A DNA stretch of 64,000 nucleotides, from assembly GCA_905234655.1 (NCBI GenBank), contig CAJOJG010000009.1, forward strand, positions 352-64,351, written 5' to 3'. The DNA comes from an uncultured Bacteroidales bacterium (GTDB lineage Bacteria; Bacteroidota; Bacteroidia; Bacteroidales; UBA3824). The position numbers and the translations under genes were made by a program. Shown here one piece after another: positions 36,457 through 46,090 of this stretch. The notes under the pieces were generated by a model that was given only the letters and a program-made list of their open reading frames with translations, was not told where the DNA came from and ran no database searches. How positions within the stretch are numbered: position 1 is the first letter of the stretch; each line of letters begins with the position of its first letter.

Positions 36457-39207
36457 ATGGCTCGTAAGAAAACAGAATATGTATCGCCAATAGACCAACT
36501 TATAAACTTGTCTAAAGACGAAAGGATGAGGTTTTTCCTTGGACTTTTGATGGGCTTTCTGACATTCATCTCGTTGGTCGGCTTCTTTTCATACCTGTTT
36601 ACATGGAAAGAAGACCAAAGCAAATTTGAGATGGGCATCTTCCGCCTGCTGTGGGACAGCGACGTCAGAGTGGCTAACTCCGGCAGCAAGGTCGGCGCGA
36701 TATTCGCACACATATTCATCCACAACCTCTTCGGCATTCCTTCATTCGCATTCATATTCCTGTTCGCGCTCACGGGCTTTAAGATATGTAAATACGAGCC
36801 GCTGCCGTACTGGCCGACCGTGCGCCATTCGCTCGTTTGGATAGTATGGTCGTCGGTATTCCTGGCAATGATGTTCGGCGACAGCGCGTTCTTCTACGGC
36901 GGCGTGTTCGGCTACGAAGTCGACCACTGGCTCGAATCCGTCATCGGCAAAGTCGGCACTGTCCTGTTCCTGCTTATATGCGCCGGAACTATCATAATGG
37001 TCACATTCGAGAACTCCGTAAGCTGGGTCAAGATATTTGTGGACGACTTCCGCCGCCATAAAAGCGTAAAGAGCGCGTGGGAGAACGCCAACACTTTTGC
37101 CAAGTCGATGACCGAGACTCAAAAGGCTAACGCCGCCCAACCCTCCAAGCCTACACGCCAGCGCACCAAGAAGGACGAAAACGACGGCTACGACGACGTA
37201 ATATTCGAGGACGACAATGCCGGCGACGACAACTCGCTCAACAGCCCCATTAACAGCGGCAACTCCGAGCAGAAAAAATCGCCAGTGTCGTTCCTCCGCG
37301 ACATGTTCACCGGCAAGGACTATAAAGGCAAAGACCAGAAAATAGAGTTTGACGACCAGCGCCAGGCTCCACAACAGCCACAGCAGCCCGCGCCAAAAGC
37401 CGCCGAGCGCACCGCCGTCCAACCTGGCCCCGAAACGATAAAGGAACGCTACGTAATCGGCGGAAACTCAACAGACAACACCGAAGGCGTGGATTTTGAA
37501 GTCGAGGACAACACCACGGACGAAGAACCGACGGTAGAATTTGAAGCCCCGGACTCCGACGTACAGCCGTCGGAAGTCACGCCCGGCACGGCGCAATTTG
37601 CAGCCACGGCGACCGACACCGAGACATCGGGCGACGAGATGCCGCTCGAAGTGGAGACGAGCCACGACGTTACCGTCACCGACATCAGCAACCTCCCGCC
37701 CTACGACCCGACGCTCGACCTCTCGGACTACAAACTCCCGCCTGTGTCGCTGCTCAACCACTTGGACAACAAGAAATCCGTCTCCGACGCGGAACTTACC
37801 GAGAACAAGACAAAAATCGTCAACGTCCTCAAAGACTTCCGCATAAAGCTCATCAAAATCAAGGCTAACATCGGCCCGACAGTGACACTCTACGAACTCA
37901 CGCCCGCGCCGGGAGTTAAAATCTCAAAAATCAAGAGCCTTGAGGACGACATAATGATGAACCTCAAAGCGACCGGCATACGTATCATTGCGCCGATACC
38001 GGGACGCGGCACAGTCGGCATCGAAGTCCCGAACAAGAACCCGGAAGTCGTGACAATGGAATCGCTGATAACATCGGCGGCGTTCCAGAACAGCAACTAC
38101 GAACTCCCGCTCGCCATCGGCAAGACAATCAGCAACGAAAGCTACGTCATAGACCTCACGAAGTGTCCACACCTGCTCGTCGCCGGCGCGACCGGCCAGG
38201 GCAAATCCGTCGGACTTAACGCCATCATTGCGTCCATACTTTATAAAAAGCACCCCTCACAAGTGAAGTTTGTGCTCGTCGACCCGAAGAAAGTCGAACT
38301 GACACTTTACAACAACATCGAAAAGCACTACCTCGCCAAACTCCCCGACAGCGACGAAGCCATCATCACGGACGTCGACAAGGTAAAACAGACCTTGAAC
38401 TCCCTGACAGTCGAGATGGACAACCGCTACGGACTGCTCAAAGAAGCCAAAGTACGTAATATAAAGGAGTACAACGCAAAATTTGTGTCGCGCCGGCTTA
38501 ACCCCGAACTTGGACACAAATACCTCCCGTACATCGTCGTTGTCATCGACGAGTTTGCCGACCTCATCATGACCGCCGGCAAGGAAGTTGAAAAACCGCT
38601 CGCCCGCATCGCCCAACTCGCCCGCGCAATCGGCATCCACCTAATAGTCGCCACCCAGCGTCCTACCACCAACATCATCACCGGCACAATAAAGGCCAAC
38701 TTCCCCTCGCGAATCGCCTTTAAGGTATCGTCAGCCGTCGACTCGAAGACAATCCTCGACACCACCGGCGCAAACCACCTCATCGGACGAGGCGACATGC
38801 TCATACAGTACGGCAGCGACCTGACGCGACTACAGTGCGCATTCATCGACACGCCCGAGCTCGAACAGATAACGAAATACATCGGCGACCAGCGCGGCTA
38901 CCCGACGACATACGAACTCCCCGAACCCGACATCGAAGCCGGAGAAGAAGGCGAAGCCGTCGACCTCTCAAAACGCGACTCGCTGTTCGAAGAAGCCGCG
39001 AGGATTATCGTCACCACACAGACCGGCAGCACGTCGATGCTCCAGCGCAAGATGGAAATCGGATATAACCGCGCAGGACGAATCATGGACCAGCTCGAAG
39101 CCGCAGGAATCGTCGGACCCGCAGAAGGCAGCAAACCGCGCAAAGTCCTCATGGACTCGGAATACGCCCTCATGCAGTACATCGAGAACCTCGACAGGAG
39201 CCTGTAA
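36457..39207 (+). CDS. ftsK: DNA translocase FtsK/SpoIIIE
   Basis: N-terminal TM helices and a low-complexity linker. Motor domain with HLLVAGATGQGKSV and VVVIDEFADL, plus a C-terminal gamma winged helix (S.S.LQR...IGYNRA.R....LE..GIV). Confidence 0.9.
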   Translation: MARKKTEYVSPIDQLINLSKDERMRFFLGLLMGFLTFISLVGFFSYLFTWKEDQSKFEMGIFRLLWDSDVRVANSGSKVGAIFAHIFIHNLFGIPSFAFIFLFALTGFKICKYEPLPYWPTVRHSLVWIVWSSVFLAMMFGDSAFFYGGVFGYEVDHWLESVIGKVGTVLFLLICAGTIIMVTFENSVSWVKIFVDDFRRHKSVKSAWENANTFAKSMTETQKANAAQPSKPTRQRTKKDENDGYDDVIFEDDNAGDDNSLNSPINSGNSEQKKSPVSFLRDMFTGKDYKGKDQKIEFDDQRQAPQQPQQPAPKAAERTAVQPGPETIKERYVIGGNSTDNTEGVDFEVEDNTTDEEPTVEFEAPDSDVQPSEVTPGTAQFAATATDTETSGDEMPLEVETSHDVTVTDISNLPPYDPTLDLSDYKLPPVSLLNHLDNKKSVSDAELTENKTKIVNVLKDFRIKLIKIKANIGPTVTLYELTPAPGVKISKIKSLEDDIMMNLKATGIRIIAPIPGRGTVGIEVPNKNPEVVTMESLITSAAFQNSNYELPLAIGKTISNESYVIDLTKCPHLLVAGATGQGKSVGLNAIIASILYKKHPSQVKFVLVDPKKVELTLYNNIEKHYLAKLPDSDEAIITDVDKVKQTLNSLTVEMDNRYGLLKEAKVRNIKEYNAKFVSRRLNPELGHKYLPYIVVVIDEFADLIMTAGKEVEKPLARIAQLARAIGIHLIVATQRPTTNIITGTIKANFPSRIAFKVSSAVDSKTILDTTGANHLIGRGDMLIQYGSDLTRLQCAFIDTPELEQITKYIGDQRGYPTTYELPEPDIEAGEEGEAVDLSKRDSLFEEAARIIVTTQTGSTSMLQRKMEIGYNRAGRIMDQLEAAGIVGPAEGSKPRKVLMDSEYALMQYIENLDRSL

Positions 39208-39289
39208 AAAAAAAAAAATTTCAACGCCACGACGCGCCTGCAACTATTGGAATGACATTAGAAAAAAAACATTTTTATACACACAGAAA

Positions 39290-40000
39290 ATGAAAATAGT
39301 AAAAATCATAGCAACAGCACTCATGGCGGCAGTCCTCGCACCGCCCGCCGTGGCTCAGAACGCTCCCGACCCGCACGATCCGGCAGCCAAGAAAATCCTC
39401 GACAAAGTCCAGCAGACCACCCAAAGCTACGAGACACTCCGCGCGTCGTTCGACTGGACGCTCGAGAACAAGACCCAAAAGACAAAAGACTCCAAAAGCG
39501 GATTCATGTTCATCAAAGGCGGAAAATACAAACTCATCCTTTCCGGCATAGAGATGTTCAGCGACGGAACGACGATGTGGACATACTCCAAGGACGCCAA
39601 CGAGATAACAATCTCCGACGTCGAAGAAGACGACGAAAGCATAACCAGCAACCCCACAAAAATCTTCGACCTCTACCAAAAAGGCTTCAAATACGCCCTC
39701 AAAGGCGAAGAACAGCGCAACGTCAAAGTAAAGAAAGACGGAAAAATCGTCACCGAGAAAAAGACATGCCACATCGTGGACCTCTACCCGGAGTCGCCAA
39801 AAGGCAAAGAGTTCCACACCGTAGAACTCGCCATCGAAAAAGCGACAACCCAAATAGTCTCCATCGACATAAAGTTCAAGAACGGCAGCGACCAGATAAT
39901 CGAAATCACAGAATACAAGCCAAACGCAACCATGGCGGACGCGCTCTTCACCTACGACCCCGCCAAATACCCGGGCGTAGAAGTCAACGACATGAGGTAA
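39290..40000 (+). CDS. lolA: Outer-membrane lipoprotein carrier protein LolA-like
   Basis: Signal peptide and a LolA-like pattern (A..IL.KV........L.A.F............SG.....G.KY.L....E...DG.T.W.Y). The position after ftsK is conserved in Bacteroidetes. Confidence 0.7.
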   Translation: MKIVKIIATALMAAVLAPPAVAQNAPDPHDPAAKKILDKVQQTTQSYETLRASFDWTLENKTQKTKDSKSGFMFIKGGKYKLILSGIEMFSDGTTMWTYSKDANEITISDVEEDDESITSNPTKIFDLYQKGFKYALKGEEQRNVKVKKDGKIVTEKKTCHIVDLYPESPKGKEFHTVELAIEKATTQIVSIDIKFKNGSDQIIEITEYKPNATMADALFTYDPAKYPGVEVNDMR

Positions 40001-40048
40001 GACACCACACGAAAAACCAACTTTCAACACACTGAAACATAAAACAAT

Positions 40049-40091
40049 GGCCGCCGGAGACCACAAAAACACCGGCGGCCGTCGTTTTTTT
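40049..40091 (+). terminator. Rho-independent terminator after lolA
   Basis: GGCCGCCGG / CCGGCGGCC 9-bp GC stem with a 14-nt loop, followed by GTCGTTTTTTT. Confidence 0.7.
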
Positions 40092-40154
40092 AAGAAAAAT
40101 CAAAAAAAAAAGAAAAAAACTACAAAAAAATTTTATATATCACCCAAAAACCCT

Positions 40155-40162
40155 TATATTTG
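40155..40162 (+). promoter_or_regulatory. -7 promoter box TATATTTG
   Basis: TAnnTTTG match 48 nt upstream of the HU-like gene. It shares the extended context ATTTGCAGTCGTAA with the box at 61607. Confidence 0.45.
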
Positions 40163-40209
40163 CAGTCGTAAAAAACATTCAACTAATAGAATAAAAAAAT
40201 TCATAAACA

Positions 40210-40494
40210 ATGACAAAAGCAGATATCGTAAACGAAATTTCCAAGAACACGGGAATTGAGAAAGTGACTGTCCAGAAAGCCGTCGAAGCCTTTATGGACA
40301 CAATCAAAGATTCGCTGGTTGCAGAGAAGAACGTATATCTCCGCGGATTCGGCAGCTTCGTGATAAAGAAGAGGGCCCAGAAGACAGCGCGCAACATCTC
40401 CAAGAACACGACCATCGTGATCCCGGAGCACAACATCCCCGCATTCAAACCATCCAAGGTATTCGTAAGCGAGGTAAAAGACAAGAAGAAATAA
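40210..40494 (+). CDS. HU/IHF-family DNA-binding protein
   Basis: MTKADIVNEISK.TG.....V...V..F...I...L.....V.LRGFGSF..K.RA.K.ARN...N....IP....P.FKPSK. Confidence 0.9.
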   Translation: MTKADIVNEISKNTGIEKVTVQKAVEAFMDTIKDSLVAEKNVYLRGFGSFVIKKRAQKTARNISKNTTIVIPEHNIPAFKPSKVFVSEVKDKKK

Positions 40495-40532
40495 TCAACA
40501 CATTTTTTTAACCCACAAAAACAATCGTAAAA

Positions 40533-40622
40533 ATGCCAAGCGGAAAGAAGAGGAAGCGTCATAAGATGGCAACCCACAAGCGCAAAAAACGCCTGCGCAA
40601 GGATAGACACAAGAAGAAATAG
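40533..40622 (+). CDS. 29-aa highly basic protein, bS22 / AURKAIP1-COX24-like small ribosomal protein candidate (absent from the ORF track)
   Basis: ATG at 40533, TAG at 40620-40622. It encodes MPSGKKRKRHKMATHKRKKRLRKDRHKKK and is followed by a terminator hairpin. The pattern matches my recollection of the short KRKR..HK.RKRL.K.RHK proteins of Bacteroidetes and mycobacteria. Confidence 0.6.
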   Translation: MPSGKKRKRHKMATHKRKKRLRKDRHKKK

Positions 40623-40656
40623 GTTTCTCTTGTGCTTTCAGACGGAAAGCAAAAGA

Positions 40657-40692
40657 AGAGTCCCAAACCAGATTTGGTGGCTCTTTTTTCTT
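40657..40692 (+). terminator. Probable rho-independent terminator after the small basic ORF
   Basis: Imperfect stem AGAGTCCCAAA / TTTGGTGGCTCT followed by a TTTTTCTTT tract. Confidence 0.5.
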
Positions 40693-40753
40693 TCACTCGT
40701 ACCAAAACCTATAACTCTCTGTATCATACAGATAAACTAAAATTCATACGTAA

Positions 40754-42328
40754 GTGGACAACGAACAGGTAACTGTAACTAATGATTTAGTTATAAATGC
40801 TACAGAGTCGGAAGTCATACTGGCCCTGCTCGAAGACAAGAGGCTGGTGGAAATACACAAGGAGAAGAGGAACAAAAGGTTTTGCGTCGGCGACATATAC
40901 GTTGGAAAAGTCAAGAAGATAATGCCCGCGCTTAACGCGGCATTCGTGGACGTAGGATTCGAGAAAGACGCATTCCTGCACTACCAGGATCTCGGGCCAC
41001 AGTTCGCGACCTTGCACAAGTACACACAAGTCGCCATCGACAACCCCAAAAACCTCAAACCCATTCAAACTATCAATCTGATGCCCGAGATTGACAAAAA
41101 GGGCAAAATATCCGACCAACTATCCTCGGGACAGAGGGTGGTTGTTCAGATAAGCAAAGAACCGATTAACACCAAAGGCCCGAGGCTGACCTCGGAAATA
41201 TCCATCGCGGGACGAAACCTCGTCCTCCTGCCATTCTCCGACAGAGTGTCGGTGTCGCAGAAGATAAAGATGAAGGAAGAACGCGAACGACTAAGGCAGC
41301 TGATACAGTCGATAAAGCCAAAAAACTACGGAATCATAGTCCGCACAGAAGCCCAAAACAGAAGGGTGGCAGTACTCGACGCAGAAATAAAGTCTTTGGT
41401 AGAAAGGTGGGAGACCGCACTACACGTACTTGCAGGCGCATTTCCGCCTAAACTACTCGCAGGCGAGATGGACGCGACATCGACCATCCTGCGCGACACG
41501 CTTAACAACTCGTTCAACAGCATTGTTGTCAACGACCCGGCCATCTACCACGAAGCCAGGACATTTATCGGCGAAATTGCGCCGGAAAAAGAAAAAATAG
41601 TCAAACTCGACACCGAAAAGGTTTCCGTATTTGACCGTTACTTCAACGTAAACAAACAAATAAAGTCTCTGTTCGGAAAGACCGTAACATTCAAAAACGG
41701 AGCTTACCTGATAATGGAGCACACTGAAGCACTTTTCGTGATAGACGTCAACAGCGGCAACAGAGCCAACAACACCGACCAGGAAACAAACGCCCTCGAG
41801 GTCAACCTCGCGGCAGCCGACGAAATAGCAAGGCAGCTAAGGCTCAGGGACATCGGTGGTATCATTGTCGTAGACTTCATCGACATGCACAAAAACGAGA
41901 ACAAGAAAGCACTGTACGACAAAATGAGGCAGGTCATGTCAAACGACAAGACCAAGCACAACATCCTGCCACTCAGCAAGTTCTGCCTTATGCAAATAAC
42001 AAGGCAAAGGGTAAGGCCCGAGATGGACATGAAGACTCAGGAGACATGCCCATGTTGCGGTGGCACGGGACAGGTTACTTCCACCATCCTGCTCGCGGAC
42101 GAGATTGAAGACAACATCAAGAACGTCCTCGACGAAAACGAAGTCAGCAAACTGGTTCTGACGGTTAATCCGATTGTGGCCGCCTATCTGACTAAAGGTG
42201 TCGTATCGACACGAATGAAATGGATGATGAAATACAAAGTCATTATTAAAATTAATGCCGACTCTGAATATGGCTTGATTAATTTCGCAATCCATGACGA
42301 AGAAGGTATCCATCTAAATAACTACTGA
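40754..42328 (+). CDS. Ribonuclease G/E family endoribonuclease
   Basis: S1 domain (GDIYVGKV..I.P.L.AAFVD.G) with the catalytic-region motifs GIIVRT and FVIDVNSG, a GGII.VDFIDM motif and a Zn-link CPCCGGTG. It apparently has a GTG start. Confidence 0.85.
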   Translation: MDNEQVTVTNDLVINATESEVILALLEDKRLVEIHKEKRNKRFCVGDIYVGKVKKIMPALNAAFVDVGFEKDAFLHYQDLGPQFATLHKYTQVAIDNPKNLKPIQTINLMPEIDKKGKISDQLSSGQRVVVQISKEPINTKGPRLTSEISIAGRNLVLLPFSDRVSVSQKIKMKEERERLRQLIQSIKPKNYGIIVRTEAQNRRVAVLDAEIKSLVERWETALHVLAGAFPPKLLAGEMDATSTILRDTLNNSFNSIVVNDPAIYHEARTFIGEIAPEKEKIVKLDTEKVSVFDRYFNVNKQIKSLFGKTVTFKNGAYLIMEHTEALFVIDVNSGNRANNTDQETNALEVNLAAADEIARQLRLRDIGGIIVVDFIDMHKNENKKALYDKMRQVMSNDKTKHNILPLSKFCLMQITRQRVRPEMDMKTQETCPCCGGTGQVTSTILLADEIEDNIKNVLDENEVSKLVLTVNPIVAAYLTKGVVSTRMKWMMKYKVIIKINADSEYGLINFAIHDEEGIHLNNY

Positions 42329-42344
42329 CAAGACATTCACACTC

Positions 42345-42385
42345 GCGGCGCACAAACATTTTCAGACTGTGCGCCGCATTTTTTT
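42345..42385 (+). terminator. Rho-independent terminator after the RNase G/E gene
   Basis: Perfect 10-bp stem GCGGCGCACA / TGTGCGCCGC followed by ATTTTTTT. Confidence 0.75.
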
Positions 42386-42463
42386 GCCCTTTTGACTTTG
42401 AAGTTTCACGGATAATGCGTATTTTTGGAGTTGGAAAATGAAACGTCATAACACCACGAAAAA

Positions 42464-42913
42464 ATGAAAGTGAAAATAGAATACACAAAAGGGGAAACGA
42501 CAAAGGAAGACCTTTTGAAGCTCAAGGAGTTCATCGAGAAAAAGAAAATAAATGGCGTGAGCAAGGTCGCCCTCGCCACAACCAGGCCTAAAAAAGGCGA
42601 AATGGGCGCAGGCATAATCCCAGCACTCACGGCGATGATTGGCTCGCTCGGCTCACTCGCCAACCCGTTCACAGAGTTAGCCCACTCGTTAGTGGAGATG
42701 GTAAGGCTTAAACGCAGCGAAATCCGCCTTACCGGCACAAGCGGCGCGGAACTCTACATCTCCGGAAAGGTTAAGGAAAAAGACCTCGAAAAAGCGATAG
42801 AAAACTTCTTCGCCCAGGAGAAATCCAACGTGAAAGCCGGGGCAAAGCGCGCCAAGCAGCCCACCCCACCCCCGCCGCCAGCAGCACAGCAGCAGGACGG
42901 CGAAAAGAAATAA
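42464..42913 (+). CDS. Hypothetical protein with a central Gly/Ala-rich hydrophobic segment and a Pro/Gln-rich tail
   Basis: 149 aa. The order is an N-terminal charged helix, GEMGAGIIPALTAMIGSLGSLANPF, a beta-rich segment (EIRLTGTSGAELYISGKV), then PTPPPPPAAQQQ. The start of rimO is 19 nt downstream. Confidence 0.5.
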   Translation: MKVKIEYTKGETTKEDLLKLKEFIEKKKINGVSKVALATTRPKKGEMGAGIIPALTAMIGSLGSLANPFTELAHSLVEMVRLKRSEIRLTGTSGAELYISGKVKEKDLEKAIENFFAQEKSNVKAGAKRAKQPTPPPPPAAQQQDGEKK

Positions 42914-42932
42914 GCGATTTCAAGAACTTAAA

Positions 42933-44240
42933 ATGAAAAAAAAGAAACTCTCAATCATTACCCTCGGATGCAGCAAGAACCTTGTGGACAGCGAGGACAT
43001 CGCGACACGAATCCACTCGAAATACGACGTCGCCTTCGAGGACAATGGCGACGCCGACATCGTTCTGCTAAACACGTGCGGCTTCATACTCGACGCAAAG
43101 CAGGAAAGCATCGACACAATAATGGAATATATCCGCCTGAAAAACGAGGGCGCGATAGAACGGCTGTTCGTGTTCGGATGCCTCGTCGAGCGGTACAAGA
43201 AGGAGCTTGAAGCCGACATCCCGGAGGTTGACGAGTTTTTTGGAGTTAACGACCTGCCTACAATCCTCGACCGCCTCGACGCCGACTATCCAGACCTGAA
43301 AGTGCCAGTCCAAGAGCCGAGGATGCTGTCAACGCCGAAGCACACCGCATACATCAAAATCGCCGAGGGATGCGACCGCTACTGTGCCTTCTGCGCAATA
43401 CCCTACATAAGAGGCCGTTACGTATCTCGTCCGATGGAAGACATCGTTGGCGAGGTAACACGGCTTGCGGACAGCGGCACACGCGAGTTCAACATCATCG
43501 CCCAAGACCTCAGCTGTTACGGAAAAGACTTGTACAACGAATACCGCCTGCCCGAACTCATAGAAGCGATGGCGGCAGTGGAGAATGTAAAGTGGATTAG
43601 ACTTCACTACACCTACCCTAACAACTTCCCGCTGAGGACGTTGGACATCATGCGCGACAATCCCAAGGTCTGCAAATACCTCGACATCCCGCTACAGCAC
43701 ATCAGCGACCGCGTCCTTACAAAAATGCGGCGCGGACACGGCAAGGCGGAGACGATGGAACTGCTCAAAAAAATCCGTGAGACTGTCCCCGGCATCGCGC
43801 TCAGGACAAGCCTGCTCGTCGGCTTCCCGGGCGAAACAGAAAATGCCTTTGAGGAGCTTGTGGAGTTTGTAAAAGAGACAAAATTCGACCGGCTCGGCGT
43901 GTTCACATACTCCGAGGAGGAAGGCACGTACAGCGCACAGCACTACGCCGACCGTATCTCAAAGAAGAAAAAGCAGGAACGCGCCGACCGCATCATGTCG
44001 ATTCAACAGAAGATTTCACTCAAACTCAACACTGAAAAAATTGGGCAAAAGTTCGAGATTCTTATCGACCGCCACGAAGGGAACTACTGGGTTGGACGAA
44101 CCCAATACGACTCGCCGGAAGTTGACTGTGAGGTACTTGTACTTAAATCAGACGCTCCCGGCTTCCATGTCGGCGGCTTTTATAATGTCGTCATTGACAA
44201 TGCGGAAGAGTTCGACCTCTACGCACGCCCAGTCGCCTGA
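42933..44240 (+). CDS. rimO: Ribosomal protein S12 methylthiotransferase
   Basis: MTTase N-domain (LGCSKN..DSE), radical SAM CDRYCAFCAIP and a TRAM domain at the C-terminus. Confidence 0.9.
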   Translation: MKKKKLSIITLGCSKNLVDSEDIATRIHSKYDVAFEDNGDADIVLLNTCGFILDAKQESIDTIMEYIRLKNEGAIERLFVFGCLVERYKKELEADIPEVDEFFGVNDLPTILDRLDADYPDLKVPVQEPRMLSTPKHTAYIKIAEGCDRYCAFCAIPYIRGRYVSRPMEDIVGEVTRLADSGTREFNIIAQDLSCYGKDLYNEYRLPELIEAMAAVENVKWIRLHYTYPNNFPLRTLDIMRDNPKVCKYLDIPLQHISDRVLTKMRRGHGKAETMELLKKIRETVPGIALRTSLLVGFPGETENAFEELVEFVKETKFDRLGVFTYSEEEGTYSAQHYADRISKKKKQERADRIMSIQQKISLKLNTEKIGQKFEILIDRHEGNYWVGRTQYDSPEVDCEVLVLKSDAPGFHVGGFYNVVIDNAEEFDLYARPVA

Positions 44241-44917
44241 TTCTCAAAGAAATTCCATAGCGTTTCGTCCGGCACGGGGGCTGTGATGTCGATGTCGATT
44301 TTGCTGACCGGGTGGACAAACTTGACGCGCCGCGCATGGAGCGAAAGCCCGCCGTCGGGGTTGCTGCGCGGATAGCCATACTTCAAGTCACCTTTCACTG
44401 GACAACCTATATTGGCGAGTTGGCAACGGATTTGGTGGTGGCGGCCTGTCAGCAAATCAATCTCCAACAGGAAATACCTGTCCGACGTGGCGATGACATT
44501 GTAATTCAAAACCGCCCTCTTGGCCTCCTTCGATTCCTTCTTGACGATGAAACTCTTGTTAAGTTTTTCGTTCTTCCGAATGTAGTCTTCGAGGGTGCCA
44601 TGCTCCTGCGGCGGCTTGTTGGCGGTTATCGCCCAATAAGTTTTCTTGACATCGCCATTGCGGAACATTTCGTTAAGCCTTGCCAACGCCTTGCTCGTCC
44701 GCGCAAACACAACGATACCAGACGTCGGGCGGTCGAGACGGTGTGGCAGTCCGATAAAAACCTCGCCCGGCTTGTTGTATTTATCCTTGATGTACGCCTT
44801 CACGCTGTCCATGAGCGTCGCATCGCCAGTCTTGTCGCCCTGCACAATCTCATTGACAGTCTTCGATACAATAATAATGTGATTATCTTCGTAAAGAACT
44901 TCCATAGCAATCCTCAA
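44219..44917 (-). CDS. RluA-family RNA pseudouridine synthase
   Basis: YEDNHIIIV.K......Q and the catalytic HRLDRPTSG. No S4 domain. The 3' end overlaps rimO convergently by 22 nt. Confidence 0.85.
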   Translation of the reverse strand: MRIAMEVLYEDNHIIIVSKTVNEIVQGDKTGDATLMDSVKAYIKDKYNKPGEVFIGLPHRLDRPTSGIVVFARTSKALARLNEMFRNGDVKKTYWAITANKPPQEHGTLEDYIRKNEKLNKSFIVKKESKEAKRAVLNYNVIATSDRYFLLEIDLLTGRHHQIRCQLANIGCPVKGDLKYGYPRSNPDGGLSLHARRVKFVHPVSKIDIDITAPVPDETLWNFFENQATGRA

Positions 44918-44954
44918 AATGTCCTTTATCTGTAACCTATTTGTTATGAGTGTG

Positions 44955-45359
44955 TTATATCATCTTTAACGTCAACTGGCACCTCTTTCCGTCATAAAAC
45001 GCATCCAGCACCTCGGCAAATATCGAATTTGGCTCAATGGCATCGAAAAGCGTCATGCTTGAGCGAACTTTCATCGCGTCGATTCCACCGAGAATCTGCT
45101 TTGCGCTTTTGCCTTTGTGGGCGAGCAACGCCTCCGAAATCTCACGGAGTCGGGCGGACAGAGTTGGATTTTTGAGATATTCCTCAGCCTCCGCACGGCC
45201 ACGTATGCCGTATATTTCGCACATCTCGCTGCGGCCAAGCCCATGAAGTTGTGGAAAAATGTACCAAATCCAATGCCCCACCTTACATCCATTTTTGATT
45301 TCGGACAGGGCATCGGCATACTGCCATTCTTGAGCCTTGACAAATCTTTCTACGCCCAT
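44955..45359 (-). CDS. DUF1810-family protein
   Basis: RF..AQ...Y..AL.E...G.K..HW.WY.FPQ..GLG.S.....Y.I....A..YL..P.L..RL is the DUF1810 pattern as I recall it. Confidence 0.65.
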   Translation of the reverse strand: MGVERFVKAQEWQYADALSEIKNGCKVGHWIWYIFPQLHGLGRSEMCEIYGIRGRAEAEEYLKNPTLSARLREISEALLAHKGKSAKQILGGIDAMKVRSSMTLFDAIEPNSIFAEVLDAFYDGKRCQLTLKMI

Positions 45360-45362
45360 TTT

Positions 45363-45950
45363 TTATGCATTGTACCTGATTTCTACTACGTTCCAGTTGA
45401 TGATGCTCCACAGACCAGCGATGTAGTCGGCGCGGCGGTTTTGATAGTCGAGATAGTATGCGTGTTCCCAAACGTCAAATGTCAAAAGCGGCTTGAGCCC
45501 CTTGCCGATAGTAGTGGCGGCGTTTGGCTCCTGGGTGATGAGAAGCTTGCCGGTTTTGTCCGACGAAAGCCATGCCCATCCCGACCCGAACAAGGTCGCC
45601 GCCTTCTGTGAAAACTCCTTCTTGAAGTTCTCAAAAGAGCCGAACTGTCCATCTATCGCCTTGGCAATATTGCCAGTCGGGACATTGTTTTCCGTCGGCG
45701 GCTTCAAGGCCTCGAAATACAGATTGTGGTTCAGGATTTGACCGGCATTGTTAAAAATCGCGCCCTCGCTCGTGGCGATAATCTCTACGAGCGACTTGTC
45801 CTCCAATCCACTGCCCGGCAGGAGGTTGTTAAGGTTGTTGACATAGCCCGCGAGGTGCTTTCCATGATGGAAACCTATGGTCTCGGCAGAAATCACCGGC
45901 GCAAGCGCGTCCGCAGCATACGGAAGTTTGATGAGTTGGAATGTTGCCAT
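45363..45950 (-). CDS. sodB: Fe/Mn-family superoxide dismutase
   Basis: LPY....L.P.IS.ET...HHGKH...YV.NLN, FNNAGQ..NH.LYF and DVWEHAYYLDYQN.R..Y. Metal specificity cannot be decided from the sequence by eye. Confidence 0.9.
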   Translation of the reverse strand: MATFQLIKLPYAADALAPVISAETIGFHHGKHLAGYVNNLNNLLPGSGLEDKSLVEIIATSEGAIFNNAGQILNHNLYFEALKPPTENNVPTGNIAKAIDGQFGSFENFKKEFSQKAATLFGSGWAWLSSDKTGKLLITQEPNAATTIGKGLKPLLTFDVWEHAYYLDYQNRRADYIAGLWSIINWNVVEIRYNA

Positions 45951-46090
45951 AATAATTCGGATTTTAGTTTTGTGCTAAATTACGGCAAAATTTTATATCT
46001 GCAAAATTTTTTTTTCTCCCGCCGCGAGATTTTTTTCCCTCAATCGGCGCAAATATTTATAACTTTACGTGTTTTCCGTGGTAAAAAACG

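Noticed and set aside
39275-40072. 265-aa minus-strand ORF. A 268-aa minus-strand ORF at 62193-62999 is similar.
   Set aside because: They are antisense to lolA and metY respectively, and both have shadow-frame composition.
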